Below, in pieces: positions 50,094 through 60,379 of a DNA stretch of 64,000 bases; position 1 is the stretch's first letter, and each line of letters opens with the position of its first letter. The notes under the pieces are model-generated. The model was not told the DNA's origin. It did no database searches and saw nothing but the letters and a program-made list of their open reading frames with translations. Both the position numbers and the translations under genes were made by a program. Source of the stretch: an uncultured Gammaproteobacteria bacterium (GTDB lineage Bacteria; Patescibacteriota; Microgenomatia; UBA10105; UBA927); contig CAYLQG010000001.1 in the NCBI GenBank assembly GCA_964385705.1, forward strand, positions 831 to 64,830. Reading direction: 5' to 3'.

Positions 50094-53000
50094 TTACTCC
50101 TTCGCTTTCACTGACTCATCCTCAGGGACCACGGAGACGGGGGACGCTGATGGCGCCGCCTCATCAACTGTTTCTTCACCGCTTGCTTTTGCGATCTCTT
50201 CTGCTTCTTTTTTGACAACATCATCGGTAATTGTCTGTGTCGTCGGGGCTGGCGCCGGTTTTGCCGTCACTGTGCCTGTCGGCGTGACGCTTAACCCGAG
50301 TGCCTGTAATTCTTTCACTAGTACTTTGAATGACTCAGGAATGGTGGATTCTGGAATGTCTGTCCCTTTGACGATAGCTTCAAATGCCTTGGCTCGTCCG
50401 ATGACGTCATCTGATTTAATCGTAAGCATCTCCTGGAGAACATGAGCGGCACGATGCGCTTCCAGTGCCCAGACTTCCATTTCTCCCAACCGTTGTCCAC
50501 CCATTTGCGCTTTGCCGCCGAGCGGTTGCTGCGTCACGAGTGAGTACGGTCCGGTTGACCGAGCATGCGTCTTATCCTCAACCATGTGAATAAGTTTGAG
50601 GATGTATGCGATACCAACGACGATTTGTTCTTTAAACGGTTCACCTGTTCGTCCGTCATAAAGAACGCTTTTGCCGGAAACAGGAACCTGGGCTTCCTTT
50701 AATTTATCGATAATTCTGTCTTCTTTGACGCTCTCAAATACCGGTAAGGCAAGTTTGATGTTGAGCTTTGATGCCGCAAGCCCCAAATGAGCTTCAAGCA
50801 GTTGTCCTAAGTTCATACGGGATAGGACGGAAAGAGGAGAAATGATAATATCTATAACGGTCCCATCGGCTAAATACGGCATATCGCCCTGAGTCACGAC
50901 TTTTGAAATGACGCCTTTGTTTCCATGGCGGCCTGCAAGTTTGTCTCCGACGACGACTTTTCGCATCTGAGCGACCTTCACAACTATCTTCCGGTTTGTG
51001 CCGGGCTCAAGTTCATCGCCTTTTTCTTTATCAAGAATTTTTACTTCAATGACCGTCCCCCGTTCACCATGCGGGACGCGGAGACTTGTATCACGGACTT
51101 CTCGGGCTTTTTCACCGAAAATAGCACGGAGCAACCGCTCTTCTGCGGTTAATTCAGTCTCACCCTTCGGAGCAATTTTACCGACCAGAATATCATTCGG
51201 ACTCACTTCAGCGCCGACGACGACGATTCCGTTTTCATCAAGATTCCGAAGCGCTTCTTCACCGACGTTCGGAATATCGCGTGTCGTCTCTTCAGGACCA
51301 AGTTTTGTATCAACGACACTTGCTTCATATTCTTCTATATGAACGGAGGTCAACACATCCTCTTTAACCAATCGATCGGAAATGACGATAGCGTCCTCAT
51401 AACCCAACCCGTCAAAACTCATGTAGGCAATCGTCACGTTTGCCCCGAGGGCTAATTCGCCTTCTTCGCTTGCCGGTGCGTCAATAAGGACATCGCCTTT
51501 TTTCACTTTATCGCCGGTATTAGCAAGAACCCGCTGATTGTAACAGGTTGATTGAGCTGATCGTGAGTATTTTGCAACGGAGTATGTATCTGTCTGACCG
51601 TCTTTTGTTTCAAGCGTTACTTTGGATCCGTCTGCATAGACGACAACACCGTCATCTTTGGCCCGGATAACGCGGCCCATCGTCTGGGAAATAGCAGCTT
51701 CCATGCCGGTTCCGATAATCGGAGCCTGCGGCGTCAAAAGCGGCACTGCCTGACACTGCATGTGCGTACCCATAAGCGCCCTATTGGCTTCGTCGTGCGC
51801 AATAAAGGGAATTAATGATGCCGGCGCTCCGACAACCTGTCGCGGAACAACGTCAATAAGTTCAACAACGCTTGCGTCGGCTTCTAGGAACTCGCCTTTG
51901 TACCGGACCGGAATACGGTCGTCAACAATAAATCCGCTCTCGTCAATCGCTATACCCGCGTGGGTAATATGCTTATATTGTTCGTCGCTGGCATCAATAT
52001 AAATGACGTCATTCGTCACATGCATCATGTCTTTGCCGTTCTTATGGATTTTTTCAACTTTCCGGTACGGCGTCTCTAAAAATCCGTATTCGTTGACGCG
52101 CGCGTAAAGTGACATATAAGTAACAAGTCCGATATTCGGTCCTTCAGGACTTCTGACCGGGCAAATACGGCCGTACTGTGATGCGTTGATGTCCCGGATT
52201 GAGAATGATGCGCGTTCACGGGAAATTCCGCCGGTTCCCATGACGGTAAGACGGCGGAGGTTGTCTACCTCGGCCAATGGGTTGGTCTGATCAAGAATTG
52301 TTGAAAGCTGGCTGGTTCTAAAAAAGTCGTTAATGGAGGCGATGATCGGCCGCGCGTTTACGAGCTGCATCGGGGTTAAATCCTCTGCTGCCGGTCCTGC
52401 AAGGCTCATTTTTTCACGTACTGACCGCTCAAGGCGAAGTAAGCCGACACGGAATGCATTGGTTGCGACCAATTCGCCGACCCGGCGTACTCTCCGATTC
52501 CCTAAATGGTCAATATCGTCGGCGTCATCTTTGCCGTTAGCAAGTCCGATAAGTTTTTTGATGCTTCCGATGATATCTTCTTTGGTCAATACCCAGTGTT
52601 CGCGCTGGTTCGGCACGTCAATACCGAGTTTTTTGTTCATTTTATACCGACCGACGCGTTCTAATGAATATCTTCGGAAATCAAAGAACATCGTCCGTAA
52701 AAGTTCATTTGCGTTATCAAGAACAATAGGTTCGCCCGGCCGAAGCTTGCGGTAAAGCTCCAAAACAGCTTCGACATGATTTTTTGTCGGATCTTTTGCA
52801 ATTGTGGCTTCAATATGTTTATGATCAGCGTTTGTATCAACATCGGCAAATGCCGCAAGAATTTCTTCGTTCGTGTCAAGACCGATCGCCCGGAGGAACG
52901 TTGATGCGACAAATTTACGCCGTCGGTCAATCCGGACCATGATAACGTCGTTTCTCGTCATGATGAATTCGAGCCAGCTCCCGTGCATCGGTCGGATTTC

Positions 53001-53474
53001 CGCGCTATGAAGGGTTTTTCCGGTCGTCGCGTCCACACTTCCGGTGAAATAAATTCCGGGTGATCGAACAAGTTGATTGACGACACAGCGCTCAATACCG
53101 TTAATAATGAATGTGCCGTTCTCGGTCATCGCGGGGATGTCTCCCAAGAAAACTTCCTGGGTGACGTGATGGCCCGTCTGTTTGTTTACAAGGGTTGCCG
53201 TTACTTTAAGCGGCATATCGAATGTGAGTCCTTTTTCAAGTGCAATCTGAGGGGTTAAGCGGGGCCGTCCGAAGAAGTAATCTCCAAATGATAATTCCCA
53301 ATTTTTTCCGGTGAAATCGCTGATCGGGGAAACTTCTGCAATAAGGTCTTTAATCCCGTGTTCCAAAAACCACTGATAGGATTCACGTTGAACTAAAGTT
53401 AAATCGAGTATGGGAAGATCAGTGTAGTGTTTTCCCCAATACTGCCGCGCTGATGAGTGTGTGTCTTTAGCCAT
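50094..53474 (-). CDS. rpoB: RNA polymerase beta subunit
   Basis: [25 protein letters not shown]. Confidence 0.99.
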   Translation of the reverse strand: MAKDTHSSARQYWGKHYTDLPILDLTLVQRESYQWFLEHGIKDLIAEVSPISDFTGKNWELSFGDYFFGRPRLTPQIALEKGLTFDMPLKVTATLVNKQTGHHVTQEVFLGDIPAMTENGTFIINGIERCVVNQLVRSPGIYFTGSVDATTGKTLHSAEIRPMHGSWLEFIMTRNDVIMVRIDRRRKFVASTFLRAIGLDTNEEILAAFADVDTNADHKHIEATIAKDPTKNHVEAVLELYRKLRPGEPIVLDNANELLRTMFFDFRRYSLERVGRYKMNKKLGIDVPNQREHWVLTKEDIIGSIKKLIGLANGKDDADDIDHLGNRRVRRVGELVATNAFRVGLLRLERSVREKMSLAGPAAEDLTPMQLVNARPIIASINDFFRTSQLSTILDQTNPLAEVDNLRRLTVMGTGGISRERASFSIRDINASQYGRICPVRSPEGPNIGLVTYMSLYARVNEYGFLETPYRKVEKIHKNGKDMMHVTNDVIYIDASDEQYKHITHAGIAIDESGFIVDDRIPVRYKGEFLEADASVVELIDVVPRQVVGAPASLIPFIAHDEANRALMGTHMQCQAVPLLTPQAPIIGTGMEAAISQTMGRVIRAKDDGVVVYADGSKVTLETKDGQTDTYSVAKYSRSAQSTCYNQRVLANTGDKVKKGDVLIDAPASEEGELALGANVTIAYMSFDGLGYEDAIVISDRLVKEDVLTSVHIEEYEASVVDTKLGPEETTRDIPNVGEEALRNLDENGIVVVGAEVSPNDILVGKIAPKGETELTAEERLLRAIFGEKAREVRDTSLRVPHGERGTVIEVKILDKEKGDELEPGTNRKIVVKVAQMRKVVVGDKLAGRHGNKGVISKVVTQGDMPYLADGTVIDIIISPLSVLSRMNLGQLLEAHLGLAASKLNIKLALPVFESVKEDRIIDKLKEAQVPVSGKSVLYDGRTGEPFKEQIVVGIAYILKLIHMVEDKTHARSTGPYSLVTQQPLGGKAQMGGQRLGEMEVWALEAHRAAHVLQEMLTIKSDDVIGRAKAFEAIVKGTDIPESTIPESFKVLVKELQALGLSVTPTGTVTAKPAPAPTTQTITDDVVKKEAEEIAKASGEETVDEAAPSASPVSVVPEDESVKAKE

Positions 53475-53564
53475 TGAAATAATTTCTCAAATTACTCTCG
53501 ACTGAACGACGAAAAGAAGCGAACAATGAACGTTCGCCTCAAAATCTTCTGGACTTATTTACCT

Positions 53565-53592
53565 ATTATACGAATTTTGCGCGTATTGTCAA
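53565..53592 (-). promoter_or_regulatory. Consensus promoter for rpoBC
   Basis: TTGACA-16 bp-TATAAT; the leader contains GCGAAC-GUUCAUU-GUUCGC-UUCUUUU. Confidence 0.75.
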
Positions 53593-53604
53593 GGCCTGTT
53601 TATA

Positions 53605-54441
53605 TTAATGCCTTTTTAACACATATATATCCTGTGAGTACCCGCCCACTCCGACGAAAATAGCAGTACCTGAAACGATTGCTTCGTAAGGCCTACAGAC
53701 CCGGCATCCGTCTTTTTGCGGACATTTGAAATGTTCAAGCTTGCGTGCGAGCTGTATTTTTTTTGCTATCTCTAAAATCCGCGCATATGACGCATCAACG
53801 GTCGGTAAGGAAATCTCGGTCGGCGCATCATCGCGGTCCAGGTACCAATAACTCGCTTTCGTAACGGGAAACTTCTGGCAGTTCTTTACAAGGAGTAAAT
53901 AAATTGGCAATTGTAATGAATCAGGATCCTCGTCAAATTTTCCCGTTTTAAAATCGATAATATGAACCGATTCCGTCGGCTCAAGATATTCGAGCCAGTC
54001 AATTTTTCCGCAAAGGATGATATTATCCTCTTCAGATAGCCAAAAATACGGAAGATCCTGCCTTATCTTAATTGCTTTGTTCAGTAATGGCCCTGGATGA
54101 TCGATAATGCGCTGGATCATTATGGCGCCCCTGGACTTAAATTGCAGCTCCTCCTGCTCATCGGCAAATCCGCCCATGTCACCTGACACCGTCTTCCAGA
54201 CTTTTTCATATCGGTCCATTAGTGATGCATCAAACCGTTTCTCAGCCGGGAGTGAAGAGAGCGATTCAACGACTTCGTGAACTGCCTGTCCGAGAGCCAG
54301 AGGTGGCTGCATAAGCATGATCTTATGATTTGTCTTCTTATCGCGATACACATTTTTGAGGTAATACGCCCGCGGACACTTGAGATAGTCCCCGATAGAA
54401 GAGTGGGATACCCAAACTGCAGAATATTTATCTTTCATCAT
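53605..54441 (-). CDS. PD-(D/E)XK RecB/AddB-like nuclease
   Basis: S.S...Y..CP, GKID, IIDFKTG, LQLPIY and a C-terminal Cys cluster (possible Fe-S staple). Confidence 0.88.
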   Translation of the reverse strand: MMKDKYSAVWVSHSSIGDYLKCPRAYYLKNVYRDKKTNHKIMLMQPPLALGQAVHEVVESLSSLPAEKRFDASLMDRYEKVWKTVSGDMGGFADEQEELQFKSRGAIMIQRIIDHPGPLLNKAIKIRQDLPYFWLSEEDNIILCGKIDWLEYLEPTESVHIIDFKTGKFDEDPDSLQLPIYLLLVKNCQKFPVTKASYWYLDRDDAPTEISLPTVDASYARILEIAKKIQLARKLEHFKCPQKDGCRVCRPYEAIVSGTAIFVGVGGYSQDIYVLKRH

Positions 54442-54450
54442 ATATATAGC

Positions 54451-54601
54451 GTATAGCCAGGTAGTGAAATTTCGACCTTTGCCTTTTACGCTTTCGAGAT
54501 TTTAATATTCTTTCTTTTTACCAAATGTATTTTTCGACTCTAGTATCTCTAATACGTTCGGGCAAAGTAGTAAGCGTGTCGAAATTCTACTACCTGGTAT
54601 A
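54451..54601. repeat. 150-bp element bounded by about 24-bp inverted repeats (MITE-like or structured RNA)
   Basis: TATAGCCAGGTAGTGAAATTTCGAC and GTCGAAATTCTACTACCTGGTATA, plus inner CTTTGCC/GGCAAAG. Confidence 0.7.
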
Positions 54602-54614
54602 GTACAATATCTCA

Positions 54615-55538
54615 ATGATTAATCAAGTTGACCTGAGTGGGAGTAGGGAAATTTGGGTCCGAGCATATAGTGCAAACACACTCCATGTCCCGTTTTTAAC
54701 GCACCAGTGGCACGTAAATTGGAAAGAAATACTCGGGACCGCGACTGAACCGTTTTATTTCGTGATTAACGACGACATACTCGCTCCTTTCGTTAAGGAG
54801 GAGGGAACCGTGTTCTTTTCAGGCGGCGAAGAAGGTTCTGACTATCTTGATATCATAGGACCGGATGATAAAAAAAAGTCAGCCTGGACTGAGCTTATCC
54901 CCTATTGTAAAAATCAACACATCAACCGGCTAGTACTCCGGAATATTCCTGAAAATTCCCCGACGCTTCAATTTTTCCAAACAATCCCCTCTGCGGTTAT
55001 CGAAAAAGAGGATACGACTCCGAAAATGCCCCTTCCAGGTTCATGGGAAGCATATGTCGAATCCCTCGACCGCAAAGACCGGCACGAATTGGAACGGAAG
55101 ACAAGGAAATTTGAACGGGAACATGAAGGCGCCGTTTTTACAGAAAGCGCAGACTCTGCACACGATATCGAAATTCTTCTCGATTTAATGGAAAAAGATG
55201 AGGATAAGAGAAAGTTTCTTACACCGGCGATGAAAGAATTTTTCCGTCGCACCGCCGCGACATTCGCCGATTCCATTTCTCTCTTAACCGTAAATATAGG
55301 CGGCCAACATGCATCAGCAACGATGGCGTTCAAAAATCATGACGGCTACTATTTATATAATTCCGGCTTTGATAAAAATAATTTTCCCAACGCTGGATTT
55401 TATGCTAAAGCGATGAGCGTGCGCCACGCAATTGAAGAGGGCCGAAAGGAATATAATTTTCTCCAGGGTCATGAACGGTATAAATATGAGCTGGGCGGCA
55501 AAGACTTCTTTGTCTATAAAATTACGCTTGATCTCTAA
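54615..55538 (+). CDS. GNAT-family acetyltransferase (CelD/BcsL-like)
   Basis: SDYLDII, LPGSWEAY, YLYNSGFD, NFLQG.E.YKY.LG. Confidence 0.85.
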   Translation: MINQVDLSGSREIWVRAYSANTLHVPFLTHQWHVNWKEILGTATEPFYFVINDDILAPFVKEEGTVFFSGGEEGSDYLDIIGPDDKKKSAWTELIPYCKNQHINRLVLRNIPENSPTLQFFQTIPSAVIEKEDTTPKMPLPGSWEAYVESLDRKDRHELERKTRKFEREHEGAVFTESADSAHDIEILLDLMEKDEDKRKFLTPAMKEFFRRTAATFADSISLLTVNIGGQHASATMAFKNHDGYYLYNSGFDKNNFPNAGFYAKAMSVRHAIEEGRKEYNFLQGHERYKYELGGKDFFVYKITLDL

Positions 55539-55584
55539 GCACCAATAATTTCAGCTATTCTCCCTAAATTACCCGCACTACTGT

Positions 55585-56562
55585 ATGATGGATGTAGGGC
55601 CTATGGATATCATTTACCATCCTGTTGTACTGGAGCATGTGACCATCAATCATCCGGAAAGTAACAACCGCATCCTCTCCTTGGGCGATCTCCCGACGAC
55701 GAATCTTCCGTTATCCGAGGAACCGCTTACGCTCGTCCATACAAAGGAATATATCGAAAAAGTAAAACAATTCTGCCAAAGCAGCACGCCGATTGATGAT
55801 GATACGCAGACCTCACCGGGAAGCTGGGACGCTGCCCTCTACGCCGTCGCTGCCACGATCAGGGCTTCCGAAATTGACGGATTTGCCGTTGTCCGGCCAC
55901 CGGGACATCACGCACACCGGGATTTTGGCCACGGATTTTGCCTGTTTAATAATATAGCCGTCTCAACGCAGAAATTAGTGAATGCCGGGAAAAAAGTTTT
56001 GATTTTTGATTTTGACGGACATTTGGGAGACGGGACTGAAGAAATTTTTTATGATACGGACCGCGTCCTCTATTGGTCGCTTCACCAATTTCCGGCATTT
56101 CCCCAAAAAGGAAGTGTTGATGAAATCGGAGTTGGCAAAGGAACGGGATATACAATTAACGTACCGCTGCCCGCTAAATCGGCCGACGATATTTACCTTC
56201 GCGCGGTAAAAGAACTCATGCCGGTGGCTGAGCAATTTGCACCCGATGTGGTTGCCGTATCGGCCGGATTTGACGGCCACAAATCTGATCCTCTACTCGA
56301 CCTGAGCTTAAGTGCTAATTGTTATTATGAGTTGGGCGTTCTTCTTCACACGAAATTCAGTCATGTGTATGCAACACTTGAAGGCGGATACAATACAGAC
56401 TTTTTACCAAAATGTTTCTATAATTTTCTTGATGGAGTAAACGGCAGTCAGAAGCGTTTTTCGGAAGACGCAACGGAATCGACTATTTTGACGATTGAAT
56501 CGTTTGAAACGGATCTTGCAAAACTCATCATAAATCTCAAACCGTATTGGCACATCCTGTAA
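55585..56562 (+). CDS. Zn-dependent histone deacetylase-family protein
   Basis: RPPGHHA, GFCLFNN, DFDGHLGDG, SAGFDGH..DPL, LEGGY. Confidence 0.95.
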   Translation: MMDVGPMDIIYHPVVLEHVTINHPESNNRILSLGDLPTTNLPLSEEPLTLVHTKEYIEKVKQFCQSSTPIDDDTQTSPGSWDAALYAVAATIRASEIDGFAVVRPPGHHAHRDFGHGFCLFNNIAVSTQKLVNAGKKVLIFDFDGHLGDGTEEIFYDTDRVLYWSLHQFPAFPQKGSVDEIGVGKGTGYTINVPLPAKSADDIYLRAVKELMPVAEQFAPDVVAVSAGFDGHKSDPLLDLSLSANCYYELGVLLHTKFSHVYATLEGGYNTDFLPKCFYNFLDGVNGSQKRFSEDATESTILTIESFETDLAKLIINLKPYWHIL

Positions 56563-56567
56563 ATACT

Positions 56568-59240
56568 ATGATCAGAAGCGGCTTAAAAAAACTCTTTAAC
56601 CCGACAACAATAGCGGTTATCGGCGCGTCAAATAAAAAAGAACACACCGGCTACGCCATCATGAAAAATCTTATTTATGATGGATTTCAGGGACGCATAT
56701 ATCCTGTTAACCCCAACGCGGAAAGCGTTTTCGGAAGCAAATCATATAAACGCATAGACGACGTACCTGAGCAGGTCGACCTCGCCGTTATCGCACTCCC
56801 TGCGGCTATGGTCCCCGAGATTCTTGAATCCTGCGGCAAAAAAAACATCCATAGTGTCATAATCATCTCATCCGGTTTTAAGGAGTCAGGAACAAACGGT
56901 GAATCGCTGTTTGATAAAATCGGTGAGATTGCCAAAACCTACGATATCACAGTTCTTGGGCCAAACTGTTTGGGCTTTATACGGCCTACAAAGTCCTTAA
57001 ACATCACGTTCGCCAATAAAACGGCAAGACCCGGTGGCATCGCATTTATTTCCCAAAGTGGGGCTCTGGGAACCGCAGTTCTCGACTGGTCGGTCAAACA
57101 GCATGTCGGATTCAGTTATTTTGTTTCCGTCGGAGAGATGCTCAATGTCGGTTTTCATGATCTCATCGATTATTTCGGGAGTGATCCGGAGACAAGCAGT
57201 ATCCTCCTTTATATGGAATCGCTCGATAACGCACGAAAATTTTTAAGTGCCACACGGGCATACGCACGGACGAAACCTATTATCGCACTCAAAGCGGGGA
57301 AAAGTCAGGAAGGCGCACGTGCTGCACATTCGCACACCGGAAGTCTTGCGGGCAATGACGAAATATTCAATGCCGCATTTGCGAGAGCCGGCATGCTCCG
57401 GGTTAACACAATCGGGGAACTATTTGACTGCGCGGAAGTGCTCGCGACCCAGCGCCGGCCGACCGGCAATAAACTTGCGATTGTCACAAACGCTGGCGGA
57501 CCGGGGGTTATAGCCACTGACTTCTTAATGGAAAATAATGGGGAGCTTGCGCAGTTTTCAAAAGATACGATGAACGCCCTTGATGCAAAACTCCCCTCAG
57601 CCTGGAGCCACGGGAATCCGGTTGACGTCTTGGGAGACGCCGATGCGCTCCGGTATAAACAAGCGATTGAAACGGTTCTTCACGACCCATCGGTTGATGC
57701 GGTTCTTACACTTCTGACTCCGCAGGCCATGACCCACCCGACATCGGTTGCAAAAGAAATTATTGATATTGCAGGGAGGAATCAAAAAACTATATTGACG
57801 TCATTCCTGGGCGAAGATGACGTCCTTGAAGGGAAAAATCTGTTAATGAACGCGCACATCCCCACCTATGAGACTCCGGAAAAAGCCATACAGAGTTTTA
57901 TCAATCTTTATACATATGCGAAAAATGTCGAGCTCCTCTACGAGACGCCCGCCACAACGCCTCACGCATTTACCCCGAAAACGGATCTAAATCGCGAAAT
58001 TATTAAACACGCCGTTTCCGAGGAGCGGTACGTCTTAACGGAACTGGAAGCAAAGCAAATGCTTGCTAACTATGATATGCCGATCCCGCTATCGTTTTTA
58101 TCCACCTCACCCGACGATGCCGCAGAGAAAGCGGCATCCCTTGGATTTCCTGTTGCGATGAAAATAATATCTCCTAACATTCTTCATAAAATTGATGTCG
58201 GCGGCGTCATCCTGAATATACAGTCAAAAGACGAAGCAAAAAAGGCATACGACACAATCATCAATTCCGCTAAAACCCACGCCCCGAATGCGGAAATTAC
58301 CGGTGTATTAGTAGAACCCATATACACAAAAAAATATGAACTGTTTATCGGATGTAAAAAAGACAGAATTTTCGGACCGGCGATTGTGTTCGGTATGGGT
58401 GGCATCGCGGTCGAACTTTACAATGACGTAACCGTCGGACTTCCGCCTTTGAATATGGCTCTTGCGATGCGGATGATCACCAAGACAAAAATTTATAAAC
58501 TCCTCTCCGGTTTCCGCGGTGCACCCGGCGTTGATATAAGTGAAATTCAGTTTTTGTTATATAAGTTTTCTTACCTCGTCATGGATTTTCCTGAAATCAA
58601 AGAAATCGACATCAACCCGTTCGGTATTGACGAAAAAGGAGGTATGGTTTTGGATGCTAAAATCATCCTTGACGAAGGGATTGTCCACTCCCCGATCCGT
58701 CCGTACAGTCATCTGGTAATCTCCCCGTATCCGTCCAAATATATAAAATCGGTGACGTTGAAGTCCGGCCAAGATATCACACTCCGACCCATACGACCGG
58801 AGGATGAACCACTCGAAGCCGAAATGTTTACCCATTTTTCCGAGGAAACCCAGCGATTGCGGTTTTTTACAAGGATTAAGGATATAACCCACCAACTCCT
58901 CATCCGGTATACGCAAATCGATTACGATCGGGAGATCGCTATAATCGCCGAGCAAAATAATCTCGGGAAAAAGCAGATGCTTGGCGTCACACGGCTCATC
59001 GCAGATCCGTACGGAGAGGATGCCGAATTTGCCATTGTTATCGCGGACCCGTGGCAGCATGAAGGACTGGGGAGTTTGCTTATGGATTATAGTCTTGAGA
59101 TAGCGAAGGACCGGAGAATAAAGAAAATCTATGCATACGTACTTCCTGACAATGAAAAAATGCTTACTATGATGAAGAAACGGAATTTTACGATACGAAA
59201 ATCCGAAGAGAATATGATTGCTGAACTCAAACTTTTTTAA
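56568..59240 (+). CDS. Acetate-CoA ligase (ADP-forming)-like / GNAT fusion (Pat/Pka-type lysine acetyltransferase)
   Basis: IAVIGAS, LGPNCLG, SQSGA, SHTGSLAG, ATP-grasp HKIDVGGV, and C-terminal GNAT LRPIRPED...IDYDRE. Confidence 0.92.
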   Translation: MIRSGLKKLFNPTTIAVIGASNKKEHTGYAIMKNLIYDGFQGRIYPVNPNAESVFGSKSYKRIDDVPEQVDLAVIALPAAMVPEILESCGKKNIHSVIIISSGFKESGTNGESLFDKIGEIAKTYDITVLGPNCLGFIRPTKSLNITFANKTARPGGIAFISQSGALGTAVLDWSVKQHVGFSYFVSVGEMLNVGFHDLIDYFGSDPETSSILLYMESLDNARKFLSATRAYARTKPIIALKAGKSQEGARAAHSHTGSLAGNDEIFNAAFARAGMLRVNTIGELFDCAEVLATQRRPTGNKLAIVTNAGGPGVIATDFLMENNGELAQFSKDTMNALDAKLPSAWSHGNPVDVLGDADALRYKQAIETVLHDPSVDAVLTLLTPQAMTHPTSVAKEIIDIAGRNQKTILTSFLGEDDVLEGKNLLMNAHIPTYETPEKAIQSFINLYTYAKNVELLYETPATTPHAFTPKTDLNREIIKHAVSEERYVLTELEAKQMLANYDMPIPLSFLSTSPDDAAEKAASLGFPVAMKIISPNILHKIDVGGVILNIQSKDEAKKAYDTIINSAKTHAPNAEITGVLVEPIYTKKYELFIGCKKDRIFGPAIVFGMGGIAVELYNDVTVGLPPLNMALAMRMITKTKIYKLLSGFRGAPGVDISEIQFLLYKFSYLVMDFPEIKEIDINPFGIDEKGGMVLDAKIILDEGIVHSPIRPYSHLVISPYPSKYIKSVTLKSGQDITLRPIRPEDEPLEAEMFTHFSEETQRLRFFTRIKDITHQLLIRYTQIDYDREIAIIAEQNNLGKKQMLGVTRLIADPYGEDAEFAIVIADPWQHEGLGSLLMDYSLEIAKDRRIKKIYAYVLPDNEKMLTMMKKRNFTIRKSEENMIAELKLF

Positions 59241-59241
59241 T

Positions 59242-60156
59242 ATGGTTCGAAAGAAGCGCAAACGAGTTCAAAAAAATATTTTCATAAAAACATACGTTAT
59301 CCTTGCCGTTATCTGTTTCACTCTGGTAGCAATCGGATCTCATATACTTTATCCCCAATCAACTTCGCTTCACGTATTATCTAAATTAGCCGTTCCGAAA
59401 ACACCCGTCGTTTACTTCCCACCCTCTCCCTATATTGCAGAACATATCGAGTCACCGGTATTGGGAGCGGAGACGATTGATCCCACCGATATCATCACCT
59501 ACATCAACAATGAACGGATGAAACGCGGAAGTCCGCCGCTTCGGGAGAATGCTGTACTGACGAAAGCAGCCGAGATGCGGGTCAATGTCATTTTTAAATA
59601 TAATAATTTTGCCCACCGCGATCCGTATGAACATATCCAGCTTGATACGGTTCTCCCAATGCTTCATTATCCGTTCACCTATGCTTCGGAAAATATCGGC
59701 ATGGGAGAAAATTCTGCAGCAGCATTCGTAAACGGGTTTATGAGCAGTACCTATCACCGGGTAAACCTTCTTAACCCCGACCTTCAGGAAACCGGTGTCG
59801 CGCTCGCGACCGATAGATTCAACGGATATTACGTAACGGTGGTCGTTCAGATTTTTGCCATCCCAGCGACACCCGCGCAATACTTGGGATACAAGCAGGA
59901 AGATGTTGCCCAATATAAAGCATTATTAACCGATGTAGATAATCAGATCGCCCTCACGAAAGAACGGCTGACCAATCATGTCGGTGACGCACAGTACAAT
60001 GAGGGCTGGCAAAAAATTCTTATCCGGCAACAGGAAATTTTAACGACGCTTTACGACACCATGCTTGCCCGGCAACCGTTTGTAAGTAATTTAATTGCAC
60101 TCATCACGGAATACAATAATAATTGGAGTTTGGTACCTAAAGGCTCCAAATCCTGA
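59242..60156 (+). CDS. Membrane-anchored CAP/SCP-domain protein
   Basis: N-terminal TM; INNER, FAH, SENIG, FMSSTYHRVNLL. Confidence 0.85.
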   Translation: MVRKKRKRVQKNIFIKTYVILAVICFTLVAIGSHILYPQSTSLHVLSKLAVPKTPVVYFPPSPYIAEHIESPVLGAETIDPTDIITYINNERMKRGSPPLRENAVLTKAAEMRVNVIFKYNNFAHRDPYEHIQLDTVLPMLHYPFTYASENIGMGENSAAAFVNGFMSSTYHRVNLLNPDLQETGVALATDRFNGYYVTVVVQIFAIPATPAQYLGYKQEDVAQYKALLTDVDNQIALTKERLTNHVGDAQYNEGWQKILIRQQEILTTLYDTMLARQPFVSNLIALITEYNNNWSLVPKGSKS

Positions 60157-60166
60157 TCGGGTTCTA

Positions 60167-60195
60167 TTGACATAAATATTTTCCAAGCGTAGGAT
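60167..60195 (+). promoter_or_regulatory. metK promoter
   Basis: TTGACA-17 bp-TAGGAT just upstream of the SAM riboswitch. Confidence 0.75.
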
Positions 60196-60204
60196 AAATC
60201 AAGA

Positions 60205-60316
60205 ATATCAAGAGGGTGGCGAAGGCACTAGCCTGTTGACCCATCCAGCAACCGATCCTGAGCAAAGTCGAAGGATACGGTGCTTCAGCTAGTCCGTCAG
60301 TTGACGGAATCGATAT
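60205..60316 (+). ncRNA. SAM-I family riboswitch
   Basis: AUAUCAAGAG...AGCAACC...GGUGC...GAUAU core with P1 AUAUC/GAUAU and P4 UCCGUCA/UGACGGA; upstream of metK. Confidence 0.9.
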
Positions 60317-60355
60317 GATCACTCACGTGATAAAAACCATTATTCTTTCTTTATT

Positions 60356-60378
60356 ATCCGCAATAGTGCGGATTTTTT
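60356..60378 (+). terminator. Intrinsic terminator (SAM riboswitch platform)
   Basis: AUCCGCA-AUAG-UGCGGAU-UUUUU immediately before the metK start. Confidence 0.8.
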
Positions 60379-60379
60379 G

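Noticed and set aside
53605-54441. Cas4-like nuclease suggesting CRISPR
   Set aside because: No repeat-spacer array or other cas genes in the window; better explained as a stand-alone RecB/AddB-like nuclease.
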